DNA of 64,000 nucleotides from the human T2T-CHM13v2.0 reference genome, Homo sapiens. The translations under genes and the position numbers were made by a program. Location of the stretch: NCBI RefSeq assembly GCF_009914755.1, contig NC_060927.1; one strand, 5' to 3'. The notes under the pieces were generated by a model. The model was given only the letters and a program-made list of their open reading frames with translations, made no database searches and was not told the origin of the DNA. Positions 44,284 to 59,178 of this stretch are shown in pieces (within the stretch, counting starts at the first letter, position 1; every line of letters starts with the position of its first letter).

Positions 44284-45046
44284 TTTGTTTATTGTACTTG
44301 TTCCTCAGTTGAAATCTATTTTAAAATGTTTAAGAATGCATATTCTATTTGGATGAATTTAGTGAGGAATTATTTGTCAATATAACTAAATGCTGAGCAT
44401 TTGAAAAGAATTTTCACGTTCAAATTTGGTATGACCAAGTTAGAAGGAGCATGGAAATAAATACTCCATGATGTCTGCTTTAGGATTCTGACAACTTGGG
44501 AATGCCTCCTCTCTCTGGAATAGACCATACTTGAATTATTTTTTAACTTGGTGAAAGAGAAATTTCTGCACACTGAGAGATGGGTACTGTTCAGAGGGCT
44601 TCACACACCCTTCATATTCTAGGAAATACAATACTCAATATCTAGGTATTATCTAATCTCTGCCTCAAGGTAGAATCTCAGTTTTCCAGCCAGTCTGGAC
44701 CTTAGCTCCTGATGTATCTTACATTGTGATAGAGTGGGGAGTTCTGGGGGATAGATAAACAAGGGGTCTGCCCATAACCCACAGCTGACTCATTTACTGT
44801 TCCAGTAAGAGAAGAGGGTCTTCTTAGCACACACCCACCCCACTCCCCCAGCCTCGTTTTTAAAATCATGGTTTACTTAAATTGGCAAAATTTTGTCCCA
44901 CCGAAGGGTTTCTGACAACAGATATGACTTCTTATCCTTATCTTTTTCTAGGGTAGAAATGGTGGACTCTCAGTGAAATGCATATGCAACTTTCTCTCTT
45001 TAACCCTTTTATAGAGACACACATGTCTAAAAGAGGAAGGAGCAAA

Positions 45047-45249
45047 CAGAGTAGCAAACTTTTTCTATAAAGGCCAGAAAGTACATATTATAGGCTATAT
45101 AGTTTCTGTTGCAACCTTTCAACTCTCAGCTCTCATAGTGCAAAAGCAGCCATAGATAATGCATGAAAGCATAGCTTTGTTCCAACAAAACTTTATAAAA
45201 GCAAGTCTCAGGCTAGATTTGGCTTGCAGGCTGTAGTTTGCCAACCCCT
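45047..45249. mobile_element. MER58A-like hAT MITE
   Basis: Termini 'gtagcaaactttttctataaaggccaga' and 'ctgtagtttgccaacccct'. Confidence 0.75.
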
Positions 45250-46402
45250 TAGAAAGCAAACAAGCTGGATTTTAAATATTTATTTAGGGGGCAGGGGTGG
45301 CGATCATTTAATATATAGGAGTTGCTCATTTTTCTTTAGTACAGCTATGCAGCCCTTGTTTCAGAAAGGGGTGCAGTAAACTCACTTCACCTTGATTAAG
45401 AATAATGGTGACATTCTTTCAATGTTACTTGTTCCAGTGAGCACATAAATCCAGACCCTGAGGTTCAGAAACTAAGGCTGTCTCCAAGACCTCATGACTG
45501 CAGCACACAAAAAGATTGATGCTGTAAATATATTGCCAAAAAACAAGCATTTCACTTTGAAAGGTGTTCAGATATTACTTTAGCAAGAATTTTTGGCAGA
45601 AAATTCACTTGAAGTTGCTAGAATTCATAGCCACTTTGTTCAGGTCATGTGCATGTACGACCTTAGTCGTAGAACTACCTTAGTAGAACGACCTTAGTGT
45701 TGACTGTCATTGAAAATTGTTGAATTAGGTGTTCCTGAATTAAAGGAGTGGAACATTATTTCTGATTTTCCGACATATAAGTGTTGACTTTTTTTCTTTC
45801 AAAAATCCATTGGCTATAAAAACTCATGTCTGTAGAGTAAGTAACACACATAGGCTATTAGGGTGCTCATGCATTTTACCTGCTGCATGCCCAGAAAATG
45901 GACATGGCTCAGTTGGAGCTTCCTTATCCTCTGCAGCAAACTAGAGCCACAAAGGTATAGGCTAAAATACTGTGCCCAGACTGAATCTTTTCCTTATGTC
46001 TGAAAAAGCAAAACAGGGAAGATTTACTGCCTTTTTTTTTTTTTTTTTCTGATTATGAAAGAAATTTAGGCTAATTTTAGACTAAATTTCTATGAAACTC
46101 TGTCCCATATGGAGAGTTTCGGCCACTTTTACATCCTAGTTCTTCCCATGAAGTGACCAGCAGTCGCCAGCTTGACCACCCAGTAGATAAGGTACCAAAG
46201 CAAGTTATGTGACCCCCGAGCTGCCCACTTCCCTGCGTGCCATTCATGCCAAGCTCCCTTTCAAAAGTGCCTGCTTTCTGCTTCAAAAGTGAAGTGGTAC
46301 CCTTAAGGGAGGAAGCCTATATTTTTTTCCCTAAGCTAACTTTGGAATAAAAAGTCACTTTCTTAACAGCAAGCGACTGAACCTGTATTTTGGTTCCAAT
46401 TT

Positions 46403-46420
46403 TGGTGGCCCATGTGGGCT
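46403..46420 (+). promoter_or_regulatory. Degenerate primer-binding site (tRNA-Ile-like)
   Basis: tggtggcccatgtggg just after the LTR end versus the tRNA-Ile(AAU) complement TGGTGGCCCGTACGGG. Confidence 0.55.
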
Positions 46421-47516
46421 GCCCACCCGGGCTACTGAGGCTCTGCCTGAGGGAAGATAAACTAGAATGGTGGAGGTGGCGACTGTACCATGTGTAGTGG
46501 CTGGAAGGCTCCCGCTTTACCTTTTTTTTGTTCTCCTTCTTTCTTTCTCACACCCTACTTGTAAAACCTGGCTCCTAGGCAGAGGCCTACCAGGCTACGT
46601 CTTCCTTTCTCTTCTTTTCTGCCTGCTTTACATCTGCTGTTACTAAGTTGCTGGTGCTAAGATAGGATTCCTTATTTGTGGTCTAACTAGAATGTAGACG
46701 TTGGAAACTCATTTGAAACTGAAGAAGAAAAGAGTAGAAGAGTTTTTTTTTTTTTTTTAACCCATTCTGTGATTTAAAAAACAAAAACCATACCACCATA
46801 GAGACTGCTTTACCCAAATTTTAATTCATAGCTTTTGTTGGATTATATATTGGAGCTAAGAAAGTTTAGCCATGTAAACAGGTTCCAGTTTCACCAAAGA
46901 ATAGTGTGGATCCAGCCATCTTTCATAAAGTGGTGAGTATATATATATATATATGAATGAGACTTATTAGTTCAATGAAAACAGCTAAATCTTCTGAGCT
47001 ATCAACAAAATGCGCATATGTGTTCTTAAACACTTAATAAGCACAGGCTTTAATAATGGTTAGTAGGGAAATAAAGTTCTGTAATATTTCCATTTTCAGA
47101 AGTAATCTAAATAAACTGCCAAAAATGGGAAAATTGGGTACATATAAATGAGATAAATGCTTGTAAGTAAACTTTGTATGATTTAAAATCTTAAAATCAT
47201 TTTGGTTCTTGTTTGATGTGTGGGTCATTTTCATGAAGAGTAGGGGTTATTATATGGGAAGCATGTTCCAGAAATTGTAGAATGGTTCTCATACATAAAA
47301 TGCTAATATCTGATAGGCAGTTCAGAATTTCTTGCTTCCTAGGTTTATATAAAATGTGCCAAAGAAGATGTGTTCTTATTGAGAAAAAGAATAATTTTGT
47401 CTAATTCTAAAGTTATCTAGAAGTTAATTCAAATTATGGACTTGAAAAGGCTATTGCTTCCACATAACTTTCTATATTGCTTTTAAACTCCTTGTGCTGC
47501 TGAGTTACAAGGCTTT

Positions 47517-47947
<431 letters not shown>

Positions 47948-47992
47948 TTATGGGAAGAGCAGTGGCACCTGTCCCATGCTGTAGCTCAGTAG

Positions 47993-48299
<307 letters not shown>

Positions 48300-48677
48300 A
48301 AGGCTTTGCTTTTTTACAGTGGAGGCTTGGGTTCAACTTCTGGCTTAGGGAATGAGTCCTTTCTGCTTTGTTATTTCTGTGACCATTTGCCATTTATTAA
48401 TACTTTTTCTCTCCATGAACAGCTTCTGATTTCCTGTCTTAAAATTTTCCTTTCTTTGAGCTATATTTCGGGGGCAGTTCCAGGTAAAAACCATTTGCCA
48501 TCCCTTTGAAAATACCTTGTGCACCTGTGGTTGTTGTACCCTCAAGGCTTATTGATTTCACATAGGAGGTTACCTTTAGTTAAGTTAAAAAAAAAAAAAA
48601 AAAGGCAAGTACATATATTTTCAAAAGCCAGAAATATCAGCTGTTTGTCCTGGCTAAAATCTGGTAATAATAGATTT

Positions 48678-48985
48678 CTTTTTCTTTTTTTTTTTCTTTT
48701 TTTGAGACAGGATCTCACTCTGTCACCCAGGTTGGAGTGCAGTGGCATAATCATGGCATACCACAGCCTCAACCTCCTGGGCTCACATGATCCTCCCACC
48801 TCAGCCTCCTGAGTGACTGGGACTACAGATGTCCACCACCATGCCTGGCTAATTTTTGTATTTTTTGTAGAGACGGAGATTTGCCATGTTGGCCAGGCTG
48901 GTCTCAAACTCCTGACCTCAAGTGATCTGCCCACCTCAGCCTCTCTAAGTGTTGGGATTACAGGCGTGAGCCAACACGCCCTGCC
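48678..48985 (-). mobile_element. Alu (Jb-like)
   Basis: Poly-T plus dimer. Confidence 0.88.
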
Positions 48986-49264
48986 GAGGTTTTTAAAATA
49001 TTTTTCTTTTGAGAGTTCCGTAGTTAGAAATAAACTTAATTTAGACTGGTGTTTGCGTTTTATGTGTACGGATAATGTCTTAAGGCCCCTGCTTTCCCTC
49101 TAAAAACTTCTTAGTCAACAGAATTCTGTCTGATTCTTTATTTACTCTTGTCTGGTCTTGTATCTAACCTTTTATCACCCTACCAGATCTGCTTCTGTAT
49201 GTCTATGTGTGTCTATTCATTATGTGTCATGTGCAATGTTTCACTACCAAAACTTATGAAAGGG

Positions 49265-50188
49265 TTTTTTTTTTTTATACTTTAAGTTCTAGGGTACATG
49301 TGCATAACGTGCAGGTTTGTTACATACATACACATGTGCCATGTTGGTGTGCTGCACCCATTAACTTGTCATTTACATTAGGTATATCTCCTGATGCTGT
49401 CCCTCCCCCATAACTGGCCCCGGTGTGTGATGTTCCCCTTCCTGTGACCAAATGTTCTCATTATTCAATTCCCACCTATGAGTAAGAACATGCGGTGTTT
49501 GGTTTTTTGTCCTTGTGATAGTTTGCTGAGAATGATGGTTTCCAGCTTCATCCATGCCCTACAAAGGACATGAACTCATCCTTTTTTATGGCTACATAGT
49601 ATTCCGTGGTGTATATATGCCACATTTTCTTAATCCAGTCTATCATTGATGGACATTTGTGTTGGTTCCAAGTCTTTGCTATTGTGAATAGTGCTGCAGT
49701 GAACATACGTGTGCATGTGTCTTTATAGCAGCATGATTTATAATCCTTTAGGTATATAACCAGTAATGGGATGGCTGGGTCAAATGGTATTTCTAGTTCT
49801 AGATCCTTGAGGAATCGCCACACTGTCTTCCACAATGGTTGAACTAGTTTACAGTCCCACCAACAGTGTAAAAGTTTTCCTATTTCTCCACATCTTCTCC
49901 AGCACCTGTTGTTTCCTGACTTTTTAATGCTCGCCATTCTAACTGGTGTGAGATGGTATCTCATTGTGGTTTTGATTTGCATTTCTCTGATGGCCAGTGA
50001 TGATGAGCATTTTTTCATGTGTCTGTTGGCTGCATAAATGCCTTCTTTTGAGAAGTGTCTGTTTATATCCTTTGCCCACTTTTTGATGGGGTTGTTTTTT
50101 TCTTGTAAATTTGTTTGAGTTCATTGTAGATTCTGGATATTAGCCCTTCGTCAGATGAGTAGATTGCAAAAATTTTCTCCCATTCTGT
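49265..50188 (-). mobile_element. L1PA 3' fragment (~0.9 kb, 5'-truncated)
   Basis: ORF 49548-50018 reads as the L1 ORF2 C-terminus ([11 protein letters not shown]...[14 protein letters not shown]); typical L1PA 3'UTR. Confidence 0.95.
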
Positions 50189-51700
50189 TTTAATTAATGG
50201 GCTTAAAAATAATAAGAGCTTAACTCAAATATGTTGTCAGAAAAATAGCAAATTTAATGCTCATGTGACTTTAATCTTTGGTAAATACAGTTTGAAGATT
50301 ATCAATAAAGTAAAAAAGTCTTCAAAATTTAGACATTTGGTCTAAATTAGGCAGGTCAGATACTGTTTGCTAGATGCTTTAGGGTCATAAATTGCTTACA
50401 TGACTTAATTATTTGACTTGTCTCTTTTATGGCCAAGAGATTCTAAATAAAGCCTAGGGACATACAGAGTTAGCCCCTCCGCCTAGTCTGGGAAGAGTCA
50501 CACACTGCCTGCAGCTCTGTCCTTGTCCTGGACTTTACAATCTGGTGCATGGTTAAATTTGCTTACTTACCAGGTTTTTCACCAAAAATAAAAGTTGCTG
50601 AGAGTTGACATTGTAACATGTAACTGAGGCTACTGGTGAGACAGTTTTACATGCAAGGTGTATAAGGAAAGTCGAATGTGTTTTTGATAAAATGTTATAA
50701 GAAGGCATGGAAGCATGGTTTTCATTAAAGGGAATGTAATTTTGTTTAGTTCAGAAGTTTTTAAGGATTGTCTTAACCTAGAAGAGTAATAGGACAAAAC
50801 TGAAGGTTTAAACAAGTTTAAAAATATTTGTGAAAGATTGATCTTGTAAAAGAAGTTCTGTGAGTATGAGCCAGTTGGCTAAAATTTGAAGGGGATTATT
50901 TAGTTTTTCTGTAAATTAAACATTAAAAGCACAATGATGCAGTGCCAGAATCTTGGCCCATCTGTCTGGATAACAGATTTTCTTAGAGCATTGATCTGTT
51001 CTTTAAAAGAAAATTGCAAAAGGGTTATAAAACATTTATGGAAATTTTACCTTATGGTCAAATTAAGATTGGATAGATTTATTAATGAGGTTTTATCAAG
51101 AATTGGGTTTAACATTAGTAGGACACTAATGCAAAGGTGAAATTTTGCTTTCTTTTTTCAACAAGATTTCTGTGTAATATTGAAAGATAATGAAAGATTT
51201 TTCTTTGCTTTTTAGATAAGTGACGGGAAAGAAAAGAGATTCAGTTGGTCTCATGCTGTCTTTATTGGGTCTTGTTTAGAAGGCTGAATCTCTCTTTTAT
51301 CAACAAGTAAAGATTTTTGCCTTTAAAAATTTTTCGAATTATCATTTTGGCTAAATAAATGACTTACAGTGGACCTGGGATTCTATTTTAAAATATTAAA
51401 TGTTTAAAACTCTGATATTTGACAAGCATCTTAAAGTCAAATTCTAAATTAAGCCTTTTAAAAAATCTGGTTAACTCTTTTAGATATTAGGTACCCTATA
51501 GTCCAAAAGAGACATATTTGTCTTATTTGGTGTATTAAAACCATACAGGAAAAGTTGTCAAATATAAATGGTGTTTGACTTTCTTTGTGTTGTAATCATG
51601 TAAATATGTTACTAACATGTGTTCCAAAATTGTATAAGATTCCTATAATTCTGGTATGTCTCAGTATATGTTTTCAGTAATATGATTATGTTAAATTATT

Positions 51701-53934
51701 TACTTTTTAACACATAAAGAAAAGAGGTTTAATTGGCTGATGGTTCTGCAGGCTGTACAGGAAGCATAGCTCTGGCATGAGCTTCTGGAGAGGCCTCAAG
51801 AAGCTTACAATCATGGCAGAAAGTGAAGTGGGAGCAGGCACTTCATATGGCAAAAACAAAAGGAAGTGACAGAGAGTGGAGGGGGAGGTGTCAGACACTT
51901 TTAATCGACCAGATCTCACTATCATGACAACAGCACCAAGGGGATGGTGTTAAACCATTCATGAGAAATCTGCCCCCTTGACCCAGTCACCTCCCACCAT
52001 GTCCCACCTCCAACACTGGAGATTACAATTCAACATGGGATTTGGATGGGGACAAATATCCAAACTATATCATTCCACCCCTGGTCCCTCCCAAATCTCA
52101 TGTCCTTTTCACATTTCAAAATAAAATTGTTCCTTCTCAATAGTCCCCTCAAAGTCTTAATTCATTCTAGCAGTAACTCAGAAGTCCCAAGTCCAATCCA
52201 GAGTCTCATTTGAGACTCATCTCCTTCCCACTATGGGCCTGTAAAATCAAAACAAGTTATTTAGTTCCAAGATACAAGGTGGGGTAGAGGCATTGGGTAA
52301 ACATTCCCATTCCCAAAGGCAGAAATCAGCCAATAGAAAGGGGCTCCAGGCCCCATGCAGGTTAAAAACCCAGCAGGGAAGTCATTGAGTCTTAAGGTGC
52401 CAAAATAATCTCCTTTGACTCCATGTCCTATATCCAGGGCACACTGGTGCAAGGGGTGGGCACCCAAGGCCTTGGGCAACTCCACCCTTGTGGCTTTGCG
52501 GGGTTCAGCCCTGTTGCTTCTCTCACAAGTTGTTGAGTGCTTGCAGCTTTTCCAAATGCAGAGTGCAAGCTACCAATGGATCTACTATTTTGGGACCTGG
52601 AGGATGGCGGCCCCCTTTCCCACAGATCCACTAGGCAGTGCCCCAGTGAGGACTCTGTATGGGGCCTCCAACCCCACATTTGCCCTCTGCACCATCCTAG
52701 TAGAGGTTCTCTGTGGGGGCTCCCTGCAGCAGGCTTCTGCCTGGGCACCCAAGCTTTCTCTTGGATTCTCTGAAATCTAGGTGGAGGGTGCCAGGCCTCA
52801 TTCCCTCTTGCACTGTGCACCTGCAGGCTTAATACACATGGAAGCCACCAAGGCTTACAGTGGCTTGTGCTCTCTGAAGCAGTGGCATGAACAGTATCTG
52901 AAGCCCTTTAAGCCAAGGCTGGAGCTGGAGCTTCCAGGATGCAAGGAGTAGTGTCCCAATGCTGCACAGGGTAATGGGGCTCTGGGCCTGACCCACAAGA
53001 AGCCATTCTTCCCTCCTAGGCTTCCAGGCCTGTGATGGGAGGGGCTGCCAAAAAGGTGTCTGACATGCCTTCAAGGCCTTTTACCCTTTGCTTGGCTAGC
53101 AGCACTTGGCTCCCTTTTAGTTATGCAAATTTCTCTAGCAAGTGGTTGCTTCATGGCCTGCTTGAATTATTCTCCCCCAGAAACCTTTTTCTTTCTCTGC
53201 CAAATGGCCAGGATACAAATTTTCCAAACTTTTATACTCTGCTTTCCTTTTAAATATAAATTCCAACTTTAAATCATACCTTTGCTCCTGTATCTGAACA
53301 TAGGCTGTTAGAAGCAGCCAGGCCCTATCTTAAAAGCTTTGCTGCTTAGAAATTTCTCTGCCAGATACCCTAGGTCTTCACTCTTTAGTTTAAACTTCCA
53401 CAGATCCCTAGGCCATGAACAGAATGCAGCCAGTCTCTTTGCTAAGGCTACAACATGTATGACCTTTGCTCCAGTTCCCAATAAGTTCCTCATTTTCAGC
53501 TGAGACCTCAGCAGCCTGGATTTCACTGTCCATATCACTATCAGCATTTTGGTCACAGCCCTTTAACCATTCTCTAAGAAGTTCCAAACTTTCCCTCATC
53601 TTTCTGTCTTCTGAGCACTCCAAACTCTTCCAGCCTCTGCCCTTTACCCAGTTCCAAAGCTGCTTCCCCATTTTTGGTATCTTTATAACAATGCCCCACT
53701 CCTCAGTACCAATTTTCTGTATTAGGCCACCCTTACACTGCTGTAAAGATGATACCTGAAGCTGGGTAATTTATAAAGAAAAAAGATTTAATTGGCTTAT
53801 AATTCTGTAGGCTTTACAGGAAGTATAGCTCCAGCATCAGCTTCTGAGGAGGAAGCTTACAATCATGGCAGAAGGTGAAGTGGAAGAAGGCACTTCACAA
53901 GGCAAAAGCAGGAGCAAGCAAGAGAGAGCTATGC
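51701..53934 (-). mobile_element. MSTA/B-family MaLR with R-U5-internal-U3-R structure
   Basis: LTR part 53928-53718, internal 53717-52073, LTR part 52072-51714; flanked by tgttaaattatt duplicates. Confidence 0.88.
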
Positions 53935-54818
53935 TGTTAAATTATTGTGTCCCACAGAGATGACCAGACTTTAACTGTGACTGTTTTGAGACTTGTCTTC
54001 CATAACTGTTATTTTACTTTAATGTTTTTCAAAGGCAGTGTTATAATCAGCTCTAGCACTCTGACAGATGATCTTGAATGCAGGTTTCTGATAACTTTGG
54101 AGATTGTGACATTATAATAGAGGGGAAAACTTTCAAGATTCCCATAGAGAGCTAATGTGTTCATGAATATTGAGCAGAACATAAGTTAATTACATAGACT
54201 GAACTGATGGAAGACTGAAATAATCTTTTTAAGACTTGTTTAAAACATTGCTAATTCATTTGTTTTTCAGAATCTGGCAAATCTTTTTTCTTTCTGCAGT
54301 TTGGACTAGATCATGAATTCTTTCCAGGCTACAGATCCCAAAGCTAATGCTTTCAAATTTTTCTTCCATTTTTAAAATCTGGGCTCAATGAAATTACTAC
54401 TATATTATTCCTTGTAATATAGGCAAGAAAAACATGTCAGACTGCTATCACCTTCCTCCTCTGTAACTAAAGGTGCTTTGAATCCAACATCTGGATAAAG
54501 TGTGCCCAACGTTAACCTTTGTTTTTCTTCTGTTTTTGTAGAAATGGCTCTTATTGAAAATCTGCCTTCATCACATACAGAGGTCTAGCCCATCTGCAAT
54601 GCCACCTCCTGGATGGGACACAGCTAATTAAACTGACCTATTCTCAAGAACTAGACAGGGCTTATGACCACTGTCATGAATATTCATAGCTCTTCCTGTA
54701 ACTTGTTAAATATATATTTAGCCAACCTGTCATCATATCCATTACAATTGGCTTAATTATTAAGACTAAATTCTGCATATATATCCCAGATAATTCAGGA
54801 GATGTCTTGATAACCCTG

Positions 54819-55197
54819 TATATTAGTTCTCACACTGCTATAAAGACATACCTGAGACTGGGTAATTTATAAAGAAAAGGAGTTTAATCATCTCATGGTT
54901 CTGTGGGCTGTACAGGCTTCTGCTTTTGGGGAAGCCTCAGGAAACTTACAGTCATAGTAGAAGGCGAGGGCAAAGTAGGCACATCTTCACATGGGCAGCA
55001 GGAGAAAGAGACAGACAGAAGGGAGAAGTTCTACACACTTTCAAAGAATCAGATCTCATGAAAACTCACTGTCGAGAACAGCAAGGGGGGAAGTCCACCT
55101 TCATGATCCAGTCACCTCCCACCAGGCCCCTCCTCCAACATTGAGGATTACAATTCAACGTGAGATTTGGGTTGGGACATAGAGCCAAACCATATCA
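54819..55197 (-). mobile_element. MSTA-like solo LTR
   Basis: tatattag...ccaaaccatatca; 5-bp TSD ccct(g/c). Confidence 0.88.
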
Positions 55198-56039
55198 CCC
55201 TCCAAGACATGAACCAACAAATCAAAGTTATGTCTGATCCGACATTGTTGCTAGATCATCCTGATTCAGGTCAGGACTATTTTGGTGGCAGAAGCTACTT
55301 ATGACTTTGGTCCTTGTGCAAGAATAAGCAGACTTCCACGTTGTGGATTTTACTGTCGTTGCACCCTCTGAAAAGGAATGCAAGGCAGGCTTTCCCAGAA
55401 ACTTTCTAGACCTTGCATCATAATGCTCCAACAAATATTATCTGTAAGTCCAGGTACTCATGAATATTTCCAGCCCCAAGTAGATTAGTTCCCTTCTGAT
55501 GCTCAGTGACTATGTCTCCATTAGCAGTAAGTACTTAGCTAGAATGAATACAGTGCCCAAATCCCATAGAAATGGAATGGAACTTGGCAGTGAGGAATTG
55601 TAACAGAGTACATCCATTTTTCTAAGAGATAAAATGAATAATTAAAAAAAAATTTTTCTCTTTCCCCCTTTTCCCCGATTCCTACTTAGCTCTTTGGAAA
55701 TGCAATTATAACCTTTTACCTTCCCTTCACCAGACACTCCCTACAGGGCAAGCGCATCTAACTTTGTCCTAAGAAGCTCTGCTGGGAAGCTCTCTCCAAC
55801 CAGGAGGTTGTCTTAAGAGAAAACAGTTAATTTACATCCCAAAGTACGTCCACTACAAAACTCTGTCCCACCTGGAGCGTTTTGGCCACCTTTACAATAT
55901 AGTTCTGCCCACAAAGGCACCAGTAGTCACCAGCTCAGCTACCCACTAGATAAAGCCCCGAAGCAAGTTATGTGGACCCCTAGCTGCTCACTTCCTCTCC
56001 TGTATGCCATTCATGCAAAGCCCCCTTTTAAAAGCACTA

Positions 56040-56835
<796 letters not shown>

Positions 56836-57689
56836 ATACAGTATTTTTCTAATATGTGAGTGGATGGACGGAACAACAGGCTGTGTGTATGTACATAAAT
56901 TTATATGTCTATTTATATTGAGTCATTAAAATTTCTTTGAAACCGTCTTTAATTGCATAATATTTTATCCTATGAATATACCGTTGTTTAACTCATTTTT
57001 CTGCTGTTGAACATTTTGGTTATGTGCAGTCACTTTCATTCAGTACTCCATAATGCTCTTACTTTTCTGTAGGTAGAAGCACTTGAAAAAACAATCAGGA
57101 CCAACCTGTCTTTCCGTAAGTAGCCTTTGGTGCCAAACAAGTGGATACATTTCAGATTATCATGTGGCAGGTTTGTCTGGTGCCATATCCCCTAACACTC
57201 TAAGTCGCAGTGCACGGGTCAATATTCTGAGTTGGTATGCTTTTAGAACAACACCTTTCAACACTGGGCTCTGCTCAATTTGATGTGTCAAAGATGAGGG
57301 GAAATAGCAATGACTAAAGCATACTTTCTATGGCCAGAGTACGTGGGTGATAGGTGAGGGTGCAGGAAGGGCAGCGCAGCATGCCTTCCATCCTTGAGCC
57401 ACTTGTTTCTATTACAACCATCAATTTTCTCTCACCTTAATTTGGGATCCTCTTTGGTTAGGTGGTGGTGGTTGTTGTTGTTATATTCTTTAGATATGTT
57501 CACACTCCAAGCATGTGAACATTGTCTTAATGACACTTTGTAAACAATGCCACCATTTAAAAATTTAAAGATTTTCCTCCAGATTAGCCTAAAATGCAGA
57601 TATGGTTTTATTCCTTATAATTTTACAGTGGCTTACTCCCCTGCTTCTGGAAGACTTCTTGGTTGCCCCACACCCAGATTAGGCACTCT

Positions 57690-58170
57690 TTCCCATTTAA
57701 ACAGGAGTATTCAGTGTGTTTCCCTATCTCTGTTCCTGTTTCTCTTCCACTACTGTATGTTGGGAGTGGGTGGGACAGATAATTTGTCTTTAAAATTCAC
57801 AGGTCTCCAAGAGAAGTTGAATCAAGATCTGGCATTGATCATGAGATCCTGGACATAATGTCAATGCAATCATTGGACAAGTCTTTTGGGATATCTTGGG
57901 GAAGAGGATGAGTATATTTTTCCCAGCAGCCAGGAAGGAAATGAATATTTATGATCCAGTGTGCAGATCATGGTAGATTGGATTATTGTTTTCAATTCTT
58001 CACTCTCTCCCTGTGTTTGGATTTCACAGCTACATACTTTGTTATATGACTTTGCGGTATCTCCTGTTAGAATAGATGGAGTCCATTTCTCTCCTGGCAT
58101 TGGGTTTGGGTGTGTGAGTTTTGGGTGGATAGAACATACGCCACATCTGAGTGAAAGATGACTACTATGT
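57690..58170 (+). mobile_element. MLT1-type internal end plus partial LTR
   Basis: 'ggtagattggattattgttttcaattcttcactc...gactttgc' resembles an MLT1F/G/H LTR start. Confidence 0.5.
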
Positions 58171-58209
58171 TGTGTAAATAAACACACAAACCAAAACAAC
58201 AACAAGAAC

Positions 58210-59130
58210 AACCAAAATAAATTTCAGGATAATGTCTTGAGTTTTTAAAAGTGTGACAATGATATGTCTTGCTATGAATTTCTTTAGGTTTATCCTGTTA
58301 AGAATTTGCTCAGCCTTTTTAACCTGTAGGTTTTAGTCTTTTGCCAGATTTGGGTTATTTTCAGCCATTATTTCTTTAGGTGTTTTTTCAGCCCTACCCT
58401 ACTTCTGAGATTCTAGTGACACAATGTTGGATCTTTTTTTGTAGTCCCACAGGTCTCTGAGGCGCTGATCATTTATTTTTTCAGCCTATTTTCTCTGTGT
58501 TGTTCACGTTGTGTAATTTATTGTTCTGTCTTCCAGTTCACTGATTCTTTCCTTTGGAACCCTCCATTCTGCTATTGAACCCATCATTGAGGGTTTTTTT
58601 TTTTTTTCCTGGTATTGTATATTTTAGTTCTAAAATTCCCACTTGGCTCTCTATAGCTTCCGTTTCTTTGATGAGAATTGTTTGTTTGTTTCAAGCATGT
58701 TTGTAATTGCTCATTGAAGTGTTGGTAGGATAGCTGCTTTAAAAAATCTTTGCCAGATATTTCTAACATCTCTGTCATCTTGGTGTTGGTATCTACTGAT
58801 TATCTATTTCCACTCAAGTAGAGATTTTCCTGGTTCTTGGTATGTCTAGTGACTTTCAACTGAAACCTGAACCTTTTGGATATTATGAAACTCTGGATCT
58901 TCTGTTTTAGCTGGCCCTTTTTGACACACTTTGACGGGGAAGGGCACCTAGTTGGGGGCACACCATTACTGCCAGGTGAGGGCAGAAGTCTAGGTTTTCC
59001 ACTTGGCCCTCATTAACACCTGGAGTTGGGGAGGGTCTCCTTATTACTGTTGGGTGGAGGTGTAGAGTTAGGGTTCCCCAGTAGGCCTCCTCTGATACCC
59101 AGTAGGCCTCCACTAATTACATATATGTAT

Positions 59131-59178
<48 letters not shown>

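Noticed and set aside
49548-50018. 156-aa ORF (and 60942-61325) as functional genes
   Set aside because: C-terminal fragments of L1 ORF2 in 5'-truncated copies with no promoter or RT domain.
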